NCBI GenBank assembly: GCA_012295275.1
Contig: CM022665.1
Location: forward strand, 42,284,001-42,348,000
From: Chrysomallon squamiferum
Lineage: Eukaryota > Animalia > Mollusca
Reading direction: 5' to 3'
DNA: 64,000 nt
A program made the position numbers and the translations under genes. Numbering within the stretch: position 1 is the first letter of the stretch; each line of letters opens with the position of its first letter. This document shows, one piece after another, positions 1 through 14,200 of the stretch. The notes beneath the pieces were generated by a model. It worked only from the letters and a program-made list of their open reading frames with translations, did no database searches and was not told the DNA's origin.

Positions 1-699
1 TCTCGTTCATTCTTTCTCTGACTCCCCCCTCTCTACCTATCTCCCATACACTACCCTCCTCTCAGTGTCTGTGTCGCTTTTACTGCATTTAAACAATCAT
101 CTTAAATTAACAATCTTCGAAGGTAAAGAAAAATTTTAATCATTTTGTACGGATAACAAAACTCGTACCTGTTCAATCTCTCTCATCTACTGGAATTTTT
201 TCTTATATTTTTATTTAATTTTAATTTTTAAAACAAAAATTAATGTTTTTTTGTTGTTGTTTTTTTAATTATTATTTCAGAGTGACGGTAGTTTTATTAC
301 AATTTTACATATCTTACTTCATATCCTGGCCGATTTCCTTGATCAGATTAAGCAGAATGTGTTAGGCTAAAAACTTCCCATTGCTGTAAGATACACAGAA
401 ACACAACTGTAATTACATTACCAATCCACTGACGAAACGAAGTTTTTTTGGGTTTTTTATATTTCTTCTCACTTTTAACTTGTCCGTTATTTCCATATTT
501 TTCTTCTTCTTTCTTTCTTTCTTTCTTTCTTTAGGTCAGTCTTTCTTATTTCATTTTCATATTTTTTTTTTTTTTTAAATGTTTTATGTCTTATTTATTT
601 CGCTTTTCGTTCTTTCTTTCCTTTATATTTCTTCATTTTTAATTTCATTCAATTTTCTTCTTTCTGTTTCCAGTTTTTGTTTCTATGATTTTCTAATTT

Positions 700-1090
700 T
701 AGTTTTACAGTAGTTAAATTGTAATAGTAGTTTAAATTGTAATAGTAATTTCATTAGTAATAGTAGTTAAATTGTAAAGCGTTTTAACATATTTTGAAGT
801 GTTAGATGTATTTTAATTTTATAATGTATTGCATTAATTTTATTAAAATAAAAATGTGTTAAATTCACGTATTTTAAATTGTAAAGCAGTTTGAAAAGTG
901 AAATATATTAAACTATTTTAATTTGTAAAATGTATTACAATATTTTAAGTTGTAAAAATGTATTTCATTATTTTAAAATGTAAAATATAAAATGTTTTGT
1001 AGCATGTTAAAATGTGAAACGTATTACGACAGTCTTTTTAAAATGTAAAACGTATTATACTATTTTAAAATATAAAACTTTCTATTATTA
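700..1090. repeat. Degenerate AT-rich tandem repeat (recurrent TTTTAAA(A/T)TGTAAA... units)
   Basis: Repeated ttaaattgtaa / ttttaaaatgtaaaa words at irregular spacing of a few tens of bp. Confidence 0.5.
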
Positions 1091-1190
1091 ATATCATTAA
1101 GATCATTTCTCGAATGCAATTAATAAAACACTTATTAACAATTTTAATTTTATCAGTATACAAAAACTCTGAAAACCTAACGGTTTACAA

Positions 1191-1240
<50 letters not shown>

Positions 1241-1676
1241 ATAATACATAACACATAATACATAAATAAATAAATAAGTAAATAATGAAAATAATGAAAA
1301 ATGATAGAAGAAGGAATAAAAGAAAAGGAGAAAGTGACAGAAAACAAGAAGGGCACACAAACAAACAAACACGTCTGGTGAAGTGACAGGTTATGACGTA
1401 TTAATGTGTTTGACAAATAACAGAAGTCATTGTCTTAGGAACAAACGATGCCATCATTTGTATTTCCTTAATGTTTTTTTTTTTTTTTTTTTTTTTTTTT
1501 GGCGCCATCAAATAACCTCAGCAATCTCATTTAACCTGGAAATTACTTTATCTAAAGCCTAGAAGAATTCAGTCTTAATTTTCTCTATGGAAATAACGCG
1601 CATGCATCTTCCTCTTATTGGAATGTTTCTGTTCTTTGCTTATTACATTGGAAACAATTGTACACTGTCTGACGTA

Positions 1677-1716
<40 letters not shown>

Positions 1717-2564
1717 TTGTAATTCTTTCAAATAAATAATGCTTTTGAGGATAGGGTATGCCCATACTTCCGTTAGTAACAAAGTAGTAAAATTCTATGT
1801 ATGACGTAATCAGTTTTGTTTTCGTTTTATTTAACGTTTCATTTGACCTTGAAGTGGAAATCGTCCCCTTTTCGAAGTTCCGGTTTGAGCGTTAGATTTT
1901 GTTTCTGAGGTGTGATGGGTGTGAAGGGTGACAAAATTAACCCTCAGTCCGTGCAATTTCCCGTTCCAGTAAGTGCTCCGTCATTTTTGTACGAAGGATA
2001 ACTGCTTACTCTGTGCCAGAATGCTTATCTTTGCTGCTTTCTTCTTCAACTGCTACTCCTGTTACTACTACTACTGGTACTACAACTACTGCTGCTGCTG
2101 CTGCTGCTACTCAAGTATCTACTACTACTATAACATATATTACTACTGTTACTACTAGTAGAACTTCTACTACGACTACTATTGCTACTACTGCTGCTAG
2201 TACTACTACAGCTACATCTCCAGGGATTCTGTTACTGCAACAGGTACCCTTCCACCACAGCTGCTTCTACTACATCATCACTAGTCCTCAGTTACTACTA
2301 CTACTACCGTCATTGCAACTAATATCACCACCACCATTACAACCATTACTTCTACTATTACTACTTCTACTATTACCAAATTACCAGTATTCTACTACTG
2401 CTATTACTACTGCTCTTCAGCTGACTTTATTGTTACTACTACTAAACTGAGACTACTAATACTATTACTACAATAACTATTACTGCCAATAAAACAACAA
2501 CAACAACAACAGTAATAATAATAATATGAAATTACCGTATTCAGATGCATTATAAACAATTTAA

Positions 2565-2603
<39 letters not shown>

Positions 2604-2604
2604 G

Positions 2605-2636
<32 letters not shown>

Positions 2637-3044
2637 CAAACAAACAAACAACAACCAACAAACAAAGATATCAACAATCAAACAAATAAAAATCTGCTTA
2701 AGCAAAGTTTAGAATACACCTCAACTAAGCTGCCAGTTAGGATCGTCGAATTTTCCGTCGTGCGGGCGTGCTTGAACCAGCTCTTCAGGCTTGAAGATAG
2801 CTTTAATTTAAGCGTAAAATGACAAAGTTTATATCAATTATAGGACACGAGAGCAGCGCAGTGGTCTGATTACTGCTATAAACGAGAAGCTAATAAAGAA
2901 TATTTTAGTTCGCTTTCGCGGGCACTGGATTTAGTATTTCTGTCGTGTCGCCGATTTGCTGTCGTTAATGCAGAAGATTCACTTTAACCGAATGATTGTA
3001 TTACGTTCAAGTGACAGGTGGTAAATACGTGTGTTACGTGGTAT

Positions 3045-3075
<31 letters not shown>

Positions 3076-3137
3076 GTAATAGTAATTATATAAATACAAT
3101 TATAGATGTATTATTGTTGTTATTATAATAACCATTA

Positions 3138-3170
<33 letters not shown>

Positions 3171-3451
3171 TGTTATTAATAATAATAATAATATAATAAT
3201 AATAATAGTTATAATAATAATAATTATTATTATTATTATTATTATTATTAATTCAGGTTTTTCTGTCAGAATCCAAGTAAGATTAAGCTCTTTCTCTAAT
3301 ACGTCTACAAGAAAAGATTCCTCACTGAGAGATATTCTTGCTGTGGCCACTGAAGTTATTTTTACAGTTCTAAATTAATTCTGAAAAAAAAACAATATAT
3401 TCTTTCAGTCTATCCAGATATTTAGCTCAGATAAATAAAAAAAAAATAATA

Positions 3452-3488
<37 letters not shown>

Positions 3489-3489
3489 A

Positions 3490-3525
<36 letters not shown>

Positions 3526-3651
3526 AGGTTTAAGCAATTTAAATAAAAAAAAAAATAAAATAAAATAAAATAAAAACAACAAAAAATATATTTATATTTA
3601 TTTTTTTGTTTAAATTAAAAAATTTGAAAAATAAAAAGTAAACATTAAAAA

Positions 3652-3695
<44 letters not shown>

Positions 3696-4929
3696 TAATA
3701 ATAATAATATTTAAAAATTACGTCATGAAGTAAAAATCTCTGTATAAAATTTTAATTGCTTGTCCAACTCGGTCCCTCGTGCGATGGGCATCTGTTTCCG
3801 TAACCGTTCACACGGAAAATCGGCGCATGCTCAGTGGTCGCCACGTGACGCTAATATGATTTTAACAAACCTCTACACTCCAAATTGGATTTCGAGTTAA
3901 TCACGGAAAAAAATGGAATTCGCTTTATTATGACTAATGATCCCTCGTCGTCTGAACATAAAGGTGGAAAAAAAAAAAAAAAAAAAAAAAAGATTTAAAA
4001 AAATAAGAAGAAATGGACAAAAATAAATAGAGAAAAAAAAAGCATTATTTTTATAAAACTTATCTGTTGTAAAGAAATGTAATTGTTTTGTTCTAGTGTT
4101 TGTTATTTTTATTTTTACATATATTTTTTTTTGTTTTTTAAATAAAAATGTTTATAACAGACATAATAAATCGAATACAGAAGAAAATGGTTTTTATAAT
4201 CTTTTTATTTATTTTGTCTTCGCATAAACTTCTGAACAAAAAGATGTATGGCATTAACCTTCAGATTGTGTTGTCTTTAAAATAAGAATTAATCTGAATA
4301 TCAACCTGATGGCTGCGTTTGAAAACATTCAACATTAACTAAGGTTAAGAACTCGAAAACGTTTTATTTATTGCTACCGTTTTCGAAAGCAATAAAACGT
4401 AAGTTACGAGGAAAGTTACAAAAACCTAAGGTTATGAGAAAAACATACAAAACTATGAAAAACACAACCTACAAAAAACAAAGTCTATCAGACTAAATAA
4501 ACCTATAAAACCTAAATTACGAGAGAGAGAAAAACATAACACTATTACAAAACTTAAAGTTATTACAAACACCTACTAAAGCTAAGCTTATATATATATA
4601 TATATATAAAGACAGCTTACCAATTCTGGCTAAATGTATGGAATCAAAAAATTTTAAATCCAAAACCATGACATTGTGAAACGAATTTGACTAAAAGCTT
4701 GAAAATCAAAAACCTACACACATCGCTAAGGTTTATGACAATGAATTCGATTAGCACGTGCAAAAGTTACTATATTTGAAATTTTCTTTGGATTAAGGGA
4801 TCTAAAACGTACACCAAAGACTAATTCTGTCTGTGATTATGAAATCTAAAACCTACAACAGTGGCTAATATCATCAAGGCAAAAGTTACTTTGGCTAACA
4901 TTATTAAGTCCAAAGACTGCAATACTGCA

Positions 4930-5155
4930 TAATATTGTCTACTCAAGTAGTTACTTTGGTATAACACTGGCTAGTATTGTCTACTCAGTAGTTACTTTGG
5001 TATAATACTGGCTAGTATTGTCTACTCAGTAGTTACTTTGGTATAACACTGGCTAGTATCGTCTACTCAATAGTTACTTTAATATAACACTGGATATTAT
5101 TGTCTACTCAGTAGTTACTTTAATATAACACTGGATATTATTGCCCAACTCAAAA
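4930..5155. repeat. 41-bp minisatellite, about 5 copies (CTACTCAGTAGTTACTTTGGTATAACACTGGCTAGTATTGT), with decayed copies on both sides
   Basis: Unit starts at about 4939, 4981, 5022, 5063 and 5104. Related fragments (aaagttactttggcta, ctggctaa) extend over about 4620-5260. Confidence 0.9.
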
Positions 5156-5420
5156 AACTCAAAAGTCACTTTGGTATACTACTCTGGCTAAAATTATGAT
5201 GTCTAATGTGTACAATACTGACTAATACCTTCTACTCAAAAGTTCGTTTGGCTTGGGAAACGATGTCGAAAAAGCCACAAAACTGACCACACCGACCACA
5301 CTGACCACACTGGCCACAAATAAGAGGTCAAAACTCTACAACACTCTGCAGTAAACTTTAGGGATGGGAAGTGACGAAGCTCTGGCCTCTGAAGTGGAAA
5401 ACACTTACTGTGGCTAATTT

Positions 5421-5454
<34 letters not shown>

Positions 5455-5719
5455 TTTTTTTTTTTGGTTTATGAGATCGCCAGCACACAACAATGCCTGA
5501 GATTAACAGTAACAGTTCTTTCAGACACTGCAATGTCTTCTCACCGACTCGTCTCACTGTTAAAAGGCCTCAAGGGATTTTTTAGAAAGAAGAAAAAAAA
5601 AAAAAGAATATTTTCCCATAGAGAAGAAATTAGTAACCATGACCTGTCATTTAGGTTGAAAGGAACCTCAAAATAGGTCGAGTAACGTGTGACTTATTTC
5701 GTAACGGTCGAACGGTTTA

Positions 5720-5945
5720 CTGGAGTGAGCTGTTGTTACGCGGTTACTTCAAGGTCGCAGGGTCGCAGGATCAAACATCCAAATGCGCCTGCAGGAACAC
5801 TTTTTTTTTTTTTTCTTTCTTCTCTGTAGGTGGTGATTCACTGTTGATTTACTAATTAACATGATCTGCGGTTCGTTTCTAAGGGAAGGTGCTTATAACA
5901 GATATATTTCCTGCTGATCTGGAAAGAGTGACCCATTCTGTGGCC
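5720..5945 (+). mobile_element. Degenerate tRNA-derived SINE, MetaSINE-like (copy A)
   Basis: B-box-like GGGTCGCAGGATCAAACATCC at 5760-5780. A central block GAAGGTGCTTATAACAGA...TGCTGATCTGGAAAGAGTGACCC (5885-5934) aligns by eye to 44833-44880 and resembles, from memory, the Meta domain (GGTGCATATAAAAGATCCCTTGCTGCTAATCGGAAAGAGTAGCCC). Confidence 0.6.
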
Positions 5946-6045
5946 ATATCAGTTAAAATGGTTATTCTCAAAGAGTACGGTTCTGTTCCCTTGTGACATT
6001 TACGAATATATGTATATATACACACACACAGACACACACACACAT

Positions 6046-6049
<4 letters not shown>

Positions 6050-6140
<91 letters not shown>
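6050..6140. repeat. (GA)n microsatellite
   Basis: Perfect GA tract. It generates the poly-ER ORF at 6010. Confidence 0.97.
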
Positions 6141-6141
<1 letters not shown>

Positions 6142-6231
6142 GTACAATATATTCGTGTGATTGTGGGTCGTATGTACATTGTAAATATATTTACAAGTAT
6201 ATACGTTTTATCTTCATTACATAATTTATAA

Positions 6232-6282
<51 letters not shown>

Positions 6283-6291
6283 AATAAATAA

Positions 6292-6334
<43 letters not shown>

Positions 6335-6807
6335 AATAAATTACAAGAACGTGTGGTAATAGTCCAACGTGGGATTGGTAAAATTTTGATCACGCCGTCA
6401 CAAAAGAAGGGAAAAAATTAACAAATAATATATAATGAAATAAAATAATATAATATATATAAATAATAATAATAAATAAATAAAATAGCATAATTAAAAT
6501 ATACATATATATATATATATCATTGTTCTACGGCTTTCTGACGTCACATTCGTCCGCGTTGTTAAGCAAGGATCACGTGATCTGCTAGTAACGGAGATTT
6601 CTAAATGACAGTGATTATCCGCGTGTCAGTGTTTTCAACTGGCGGGCCTTGCTACCTGTAACTCAGGTAGACTAATTAACGACGGTGTAACGTTAGCGTG
6701 ACTTACCAGACTGACAGGTAGACAGTGGTGAAGTTCTCTGAAAACATCGTGACAGAAAAACCAATAGTTTTCTTTAATTAACACAGTTAAAGTGAAAATC
6801 TCAGGAG

Positions 6808-6838
<31 letters not shown>

Positions 6839-6900
6839 TTAAAATAATAATAATGAAATAATAATAATAATAATAATAAAAATAATAATAATAATAATGA

Positions 6901-6939
<39 letters not shown>

Positions 6940-7074
6940 TTAAAAAATACGTGTTTGTTTATATATGCACATACTCACATATATATATACATACATACAT
7001 ACATACATGTATATGCTTCTTTCATTCGTTTCATTTCTTTCTTTCTCTTACGTTTTATTTTTGTTTTTGTTTTT

Positions 7075-7421
<347 letters not shown>

Positions 7422-7662
7422 CGTATGAACGGGTGTTTTCTTTGTCTATATATTTCTATCTTTCTTCTTCTTTTAAATCCTTTGAAAATGAATAACTCTT
7501 TGTTTCTTTTTCCTTTCTTTCTTTCTAATTTTTATTTTTTTTTTATTTTTTATTTATTTATTTTTTAGTAAGCACCGATATTAGTTAACTACATTTAATT
7601 TTATTGGTGGGTGGGCGTATGTGTATTCTTTCATTTGTTCCTTCTTATCTTCCAGGTGTTTT

Positions 7663-7732
<70 letters not shown>

Positions 7733-7844
7733 CCTCTCTCTCTCTCTCTCTCTCTTTTCTCTCTATCTTCTCTTTCTCTTTCTTTTTCTTTATTTTGTTT
7801 CTTTTTCTCCACTTCTATACGTGAACATTTTCCGTTACGACGTT

Positions 7845-8000
7845 TGGTTCATGATTGTTGTGCCGTGGTCGTTGTGGTGCTGTCGTTGCTCTCGGGCATG
7901 GAGAATACTGAAGATAAATGCTGCTTATCAATACAAATAGACCTTGGGAGAGCACAAGTTATCTTTTTCGAGGATTCGTGGTTCGATTCCTCTTGGGAGC
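7845..8000 (+). mobile_element. SINE fragments: decayed Meta-like block followed by a perfect Pol III B-box
   Basis: GGGCATGGAGAATACTGAAGATAAATGCTGCTTATC weakly resembles the Meta-like blocks at 5885 and 44833. GGTTCGATTCC at 7980-7990 is a canonical B-box, with no cloverleaf evident around it. Confidence 0.4.
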
Positions 8001-8439
8001 GATGCTGAAACCACTGTTACAAAATAATACAGCAAACATCACTTTTTAAAATTTTAATTATTCAAGATTTCATATTCTTATAACGGTCCAACATGTACGT
8101 AAACATAAACATAAATATAAAATATATAAATAAATATAAATATAAATATCAGTAAAATATATAGAGAGAGAAAGAAAGAAAGAAAGATAAAGAAAAAGAG
8201 GATACAAAGTATAACAAAATACGTAAAAAAAATTAATTATATTTCGAAATTTTAAAAATTAAATATAAACTTATCTCGTATTCAACACTGCTGTTTATTT
8301 TTCAAAATGCGAAGATTTCTATTAGTTATTTTTTTCAATAAAATAAAAAAGGTAATGCTGATAAAAACTGAAAGAAAATTTAACGCGAAGAATACAAAAG
8401 AAATAATAATATAGCCGTAGCAAAAATGACGACAATATT

Positions 8440-8481
<42 letters not shown>

Positions 8482-8971
8482 CATAATCATAATAATAATC
8501 ATATGAAGAAGAAGAACAACAACAACAACAAAAATAAGAAGAAGATAATGAAAGATGAAAACATGAAGAAAAAACAAAACAAAAAACCCCCAAAAACAAA
8601 GAAGAAAAGAAAAGAAAAGAAATGAATAAGAAATAATAGGAATCGAACCAAAAACCCTAAAAAAGACTTTAACAAAATGGCGGCTTTCTTGACGTAAATT
8701 TGGCGTAAATTCTATTTTGTCTAGCGACACTCATCTCCATGCAAACAAACAATAAAAACATAAACACAGCTCTAAGTAAGAGACTACATGAAACAATAAA
8801 AACATTTATCAAAAATGTATCATATATTAAAAGTTTAAAAAAAACCACGATAGTATTTAGAATTAAATAATAATTTTCACTAAAGTGATCTCTTTAAAAT
8901 GATCCTGAGTTAGTGCGAATATAATGTATTATTTTGTGTATGAATTCTGAACATTTCTAATTGCATTATTA

Positions 8972-9045
<74 letters not shown>

Positions 9046-9216
9046 ACTGACTCTAGATAGATAATAAAGTAACAGATATTATCTATTACGCTCAAAGTGT
9101 ACTTACATTCTTATACGGTTACGTATGTCATGATTGTTATATATCTTATCACTGTTAGTTTGTTAGTAATACGACGCATAAAACACTTACGTCAGTAGTA
9201 AAGGCTGAGCATCCCA

Positions 9217-9286
9217 TTAAAAGGACAGACGAGTTCATTAAGTCCAGTATTACCGAAACACTGGGTTAAATGTGTCATCCCTTTAA
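9217..9286. mobile_element. Possible tiny TTAA-flanked fold-back MITE remnant
   Basis: TTAA-AAGGACAGAC...GTCATCCCT-TTAA. The inner arms TTAAGTCCAGTATT / AACACTGGGTTAA are imperfectly complementary. Confidence 0.3.
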
Positions 9287-9339
9287 AGTGAATAACTACA
9301 TTGATATGTAGCCCACACTAGACATTACCATCATCATCA

Positions 9340-9416
<77 letters not shown>

Positions 9417-10719
9417 GATGCCGTTTGTTATCTGTAATTTTATTGTTGTTCTTCTTCGTGTTATTGTTATTTTTATTTTTATGTCAGTATTGTTCTGGTT
9501 CTTCCTGTTGTTCTTGTTATTATTATTAATAATGAAATCAGTGTTTGTCGTGGCTTTGTACACCGATCATTCTGTCATTCATTTATTTTATTTTATACAG
9601 GACAGACTAATGATAAGTGTCAGATTAATGAAATAAAATAATAATATTAAAAATATTTTAAAAATAATAATAAAATATAAATAAATAAATAAATTATTAG
9701 TCCTGTTCATAATCTTCCTCTAACTGTTACCGGTAGACTCACGTGATCTCATGGTTGACACGTGGTGCCATCAATCAACAATAGTAATTCTTAATACTGC
9801 ATTTTGCACAGATGTTGAATTATTCCTGAAAATATTTCTACAAATTTGATGGTTTAAATATCATGTTAAAACACCTGACACAAATAATTTAATTATTTTA
9901 TAAATATATTTATGAATACGAAACTACGAAACTGGCTTTGTCTTGTAAGTGATTTCGCGCCAAAAGTTGATAGACTGGCCGTCGCATTACGACGCTAGAA
10001 AAGATGTCTAATATCGTAGATTTTAATTTGCGTACGCAATGGATACTTCGTCTGCTTCTACAGTAACAGGAGAGGATATCATTACGACATTTAATTGCTT
10101 TGAAATGAAAAAATGGCCTGTATCTTTTTAATGGATTTAATGGGGTTTTTTTTGTTTGTTTTTTTTTTTTTTTTTTCAGTGTAAAAGGTCTATTACTAAC
10201 AGACACAATTAGAAATATCAATGAATTAAAGTTTATCAAAATGTGAGTCGCTAATGACATTCCAAGTTAATTTAGTTTTCCTTAGAATGTAACAAAAAAA
10301 AAAAAAAAAAAAAAAGAAAAAAAGATTATAATAAAATTAAATTAAATTTCCACAGTACTTTGGTCATTTGTATATGTTATTGACTGGAACCCGTAATTTT
10401 CATAATTAATTTAGATGTTAATTACAGAATGACTTTTTCTACAATGAAGGAAAAGAAATTATCTTTAAAATTACTAAAAGAAAAGAAATTGAAAATCGGG
10501 TTTATAGAAATCGATAATTACTTCTGTTTTCACCTTTTTAAAAAAATTTCTTTCTTCTTTTTCTTTCTTTCTTTCGTTCTTTGATTATTTATTTCTTTAA
10601 ATATTTGTTCTTCTTCTTTTTCTCTCTCTATTTTCTTTTGAATTGTTCTGTCTGTTGTTATTGTTCTTGTTTTGTTTATTTTTTATGTAATTAATATTTT
10701 ATTGTCACAACTTCATCAT

Positions 10720-11220
10720 TTTCGTCTTTATCATTATTATTACTGTTGATGATATCATCATCATCACATTCTTTATTATTTCTATTACTTACGTTATCAT
10801 TATCATTATTATCATTATTATTACTATTACTAACATTATTATCCTTATCATTTTTATAATTATCATTAATATTACTCTTATAATTAATGTTATTCTTTTA
10901 ATTATAATTTTTTTCGTCGTTATCATTATTACTGCTAACAGTATTATCTTCTTTTCATTATCATCGTCATCATCATCATCATTATTACTATTACTAATAT
11001 TATTTTCCTTATCATTTTCATAATTATCATTAATATTATTCTTTTAATTAATGTTATCCTTATAACTATCAATTTTTTTTCGTCATTATCATTATTATTA
11101 CTATCACTAACATTATCATATTCTTATCATCATCATCATCATTATTATCATTAATACTAATATTATTATTCTCACCACCACCACCATCATCATCATCATC
11201 ATTCTGTTACTAATACTTAG
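10720..11220. repeat. (ATT/ATC)n-rich low-complexity region with a ~165-bp tandem duplication
   Basis: ccttatcattt..ataattatcattaatatta..ctt.taattaatgttat occurs at about 10843 and about 11007. Confidence 0.7.
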
Positions 11221-12269
11221 TAATTCTTGTTATAACTTTTTCAGCTAATTGAAGTTGCCAAATTAGGCTAATTAAAATCTGCTGTATTACTAATTATTTA
11301 TATTGCACTTTTAACAGCTTGAATTGAGAGAACTAGTTACCATCTACCTTCAGTCCAAATTTCACCAATAAAATTTGATTATTAAGAAAGTTACATGCAT
11401 TTTAGTGAAAAACAATAGGATTTTGGTCACGCAATTGTAATACAAATGCAGTAAATAATAGAACAATTAATTAGTGTTAACTGAAAACGTTAAAATGCTG
11501 TAACTTCCTTGATATTCAACAAAATCACATGATGTTTGTAGTCTTTTACAGGGTTTTTAGAGTTCTTTTCAGCAATGTTATTTATGTTGAAGTTGGGGGG
11601 TGTTTGAATTTTTTGTCCACATACCTAATTACTAATATTATTATTCTCACCGTTATTATCATCAGCATTACTATTGCTATTACTTACATTGTTATCTTCT
11701 TATCATCATCATCATTAATACTGACATTATTATATTCTCACCATCATCATCATCATCATCATCATCATCATTAATACTGACATTATTATATTCTCACCAT
11801 CATCATCATCATCATCACCATCATCTCTGTTTATGAAGTCACTTCAGTTTCCCTGATTCTTTGACTCTTCTTCGCCTTTCGTCAGGAAAGTGAGAAAGAA
11901 GCTGACTGACCCCGAACTGCAAACCTCAGATGGCCTGGTCTAATCTGACGTTGATGCCGGCGAACAGGCCGCTGCATAAAGAAAACAATCGATGCAGCGA
12001 AAAAGGAGAAAGAAGAAGATGAAGAAGAAGAAGAAGAAAAAAAAAGGAAAAAAAAAAAAAAATAAAGAAGAAGCTGATTACGTAGGTTGGCGTTGGCCGT
12101 TAATTGGGTCAGAGGACCGACCACTGGCTTTCTAACCTACTGCTACGACGACGACGACGAAGACAACGACCATCTTGTGTGTGTGTGTGTGTGTTTTCTC
12201 GTCCGATCAATAAAAATACTTTCTCTGGCTTTAGTCGCAGCGTTTGTCGAAAGCATTTGTCCAGTGGTA

Positions 12270-12890
12270 GCAGGGTTTGTTACTCTGACAGGGATCTGAA
12301 CACTCTGTCTAATGAAGGGGAGGGGCAGGGGGGTGAAAGGATGGGAGGGGGAGGGGGGAAAGAAAGGATAGGAGTGGGGGGTAAAGGACGGAGGGAGGAA
12401 GGGAGATGGGGGATTTGGTGTAGCAGAGTTTGTTACACTGGCAGGGAACTGAACACTCTGTTTAATGAAGGGGAGGGGCAGGGGGAGAAAGGATGGGAGG
12501 GGGGAAGAAAGGATTGGAGTGGGGGGAAAGGACGGAGGGAGGAAGGGAGATGGTGGAGTTGGGGTCTCAGAGTTTATTATAATGAGAGGGAACTGAAAAA
12601 TGTTTAATGAATGGGAGGGGGGGGAGAAAGGATAGGAGTGGGGGGAAAGGACGGAGGGGAGGAAGGGGTTGGGGAGGAGTTCATTATACTGACAGGGAAC
12701 TGAAAAATGGAAGGGGAGGGGGAGAAAGGATAGGAGTGGGAGGAAAGGACGGAGGGAGGAAGGGAGTTGGGGTAGCAGAGTTCATTATACTGACAGGGAA
12801 CTGAAAAATGTTTACTGAAGGGGAGGGGGAGAAAGGATAGGAGTGGGAGGAAAGGGACGGAGGGATGTTGTTGGGGTAGCAGAGTTTTTT
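12270..12890 (+). repeat. G-rich purine minisatellite, 5 units of about 100-150 bp
   Basis: Anchor GGGA(A/T)CTGAA at about 12291, 12444, 12588, 12695 and 12796. Units share GAAAGGAT(A/T)GGAGTGGG...AAAGG(G)ACGGAGGGA. Confidence 0.9.
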
Positions 12891-13384
12891 GGAAGAATTT
12901 AATGGATTAATTTATAAAGGGAATGGGGGAAAGAACAAGTTCATTAATTTAAGGGAATGAAAATGGAAGAGGAAAAAAGGAGGGAGGAAGGGGGAATGTA
13001 AGTTGGGGGATGAATAAAAAAAAGTCAAACTGGAGGGTTTATGGGTGATTCATAAACAATTTAAAAATAATTTATAAATGAAAGACTATATCTCTATAAA
13101 GACAAGTCTGTATAAATGAATGAAAGAACAAATTCTGTATATTTAATGAAAATAAAACAAAAAATTGATAAGTCTGTACATGTTACAAATAATCCAAATA
13201 TAAACTGTTTATATGTCTCATAAACAATAGAAAATATTCATAAAGTCTGTATATCTCACAAATAAAACAAAATATACACAAGTCTGTACATGTTACAAAT
13301 AATCCAAATATACACAAGTCTATATGTCTCACAAATAATACCAAAAATACAGATCTATATATCTCAAACACTGTACATATATAC

Positions 13385-13508
13385 ACACATCTTTATATAT
13401 CTCACATCATTATATATCTCACATCATTATATATCTCACATCTTTATATAACTCACATCTTTATATATCTCACATCATTATATATCTCACATCATTATAT
13501 ATCTCACA
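13385..13508. repeat. 17-bp minisatellite (TATATATCTCACATCAT), about 7 copies, preceded by a decayed ~37-bp array from about 13090
   Basis: Direct tandem units are visible. Confidence 0.85.
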
Positions 13509-14107
13509 GATCAAAACTCTATGTTTTCACAAACCACTTAAAATATGTTACATGTCTTTGATTTACGAAACATAACAAACTGGATGACAAAACAGTTTTC
13601 ACGTCAAATTAAGTGAAAAAAAAAATATATATAACTCAAAATTACAAACCAGTTTGATGCAGACGCCTGATTGGAAGTTAAGTGGACCATGACCGTGTAA
13701 AAAAAAAAAAAATATGTTTCACCAGTGCGTTCAGTTGGAAGTGTTTTTTATTGTTATTGTTGTTGTATGTTTGAAAAGGGCGAGAGCTGTGACAATACAA
13801 TCAAAGTTAGTCATGGTGCCATAACGTTAAACCATTGGACTTTAGATTAAAGGATATTAATGGGGTCGAATGTACTGAATTATTGTATTAGGAAGTAATT
13901 GAGGATACGTACCAAAAAAAAAAAAAAAAAAAAAAAAAAATCTCCAATGTTATTAACTGATATTAACAATATTTTGTGTCTTTCATATTGTATGCCCGCG
14001 AGATATAATTTGAAATTCAGTGGATTTTTTTGCACGTTTAAAATTAAAATTAAAATTTATATATATTAATTTTTTAATTTTATCACTACCTGTAGGCACC
14101 CACACAC

Positions 14108-14200
<93 letters not shown>

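Noticed and set aside
7960-8000. tRNA gene at the perfect B-box GGTTCGATTCC (also considered for 18500-18590)
   Set aside because: No convincing acceptor stem, D-arm or anticodon arm, so it is interpreted as a SINE head.
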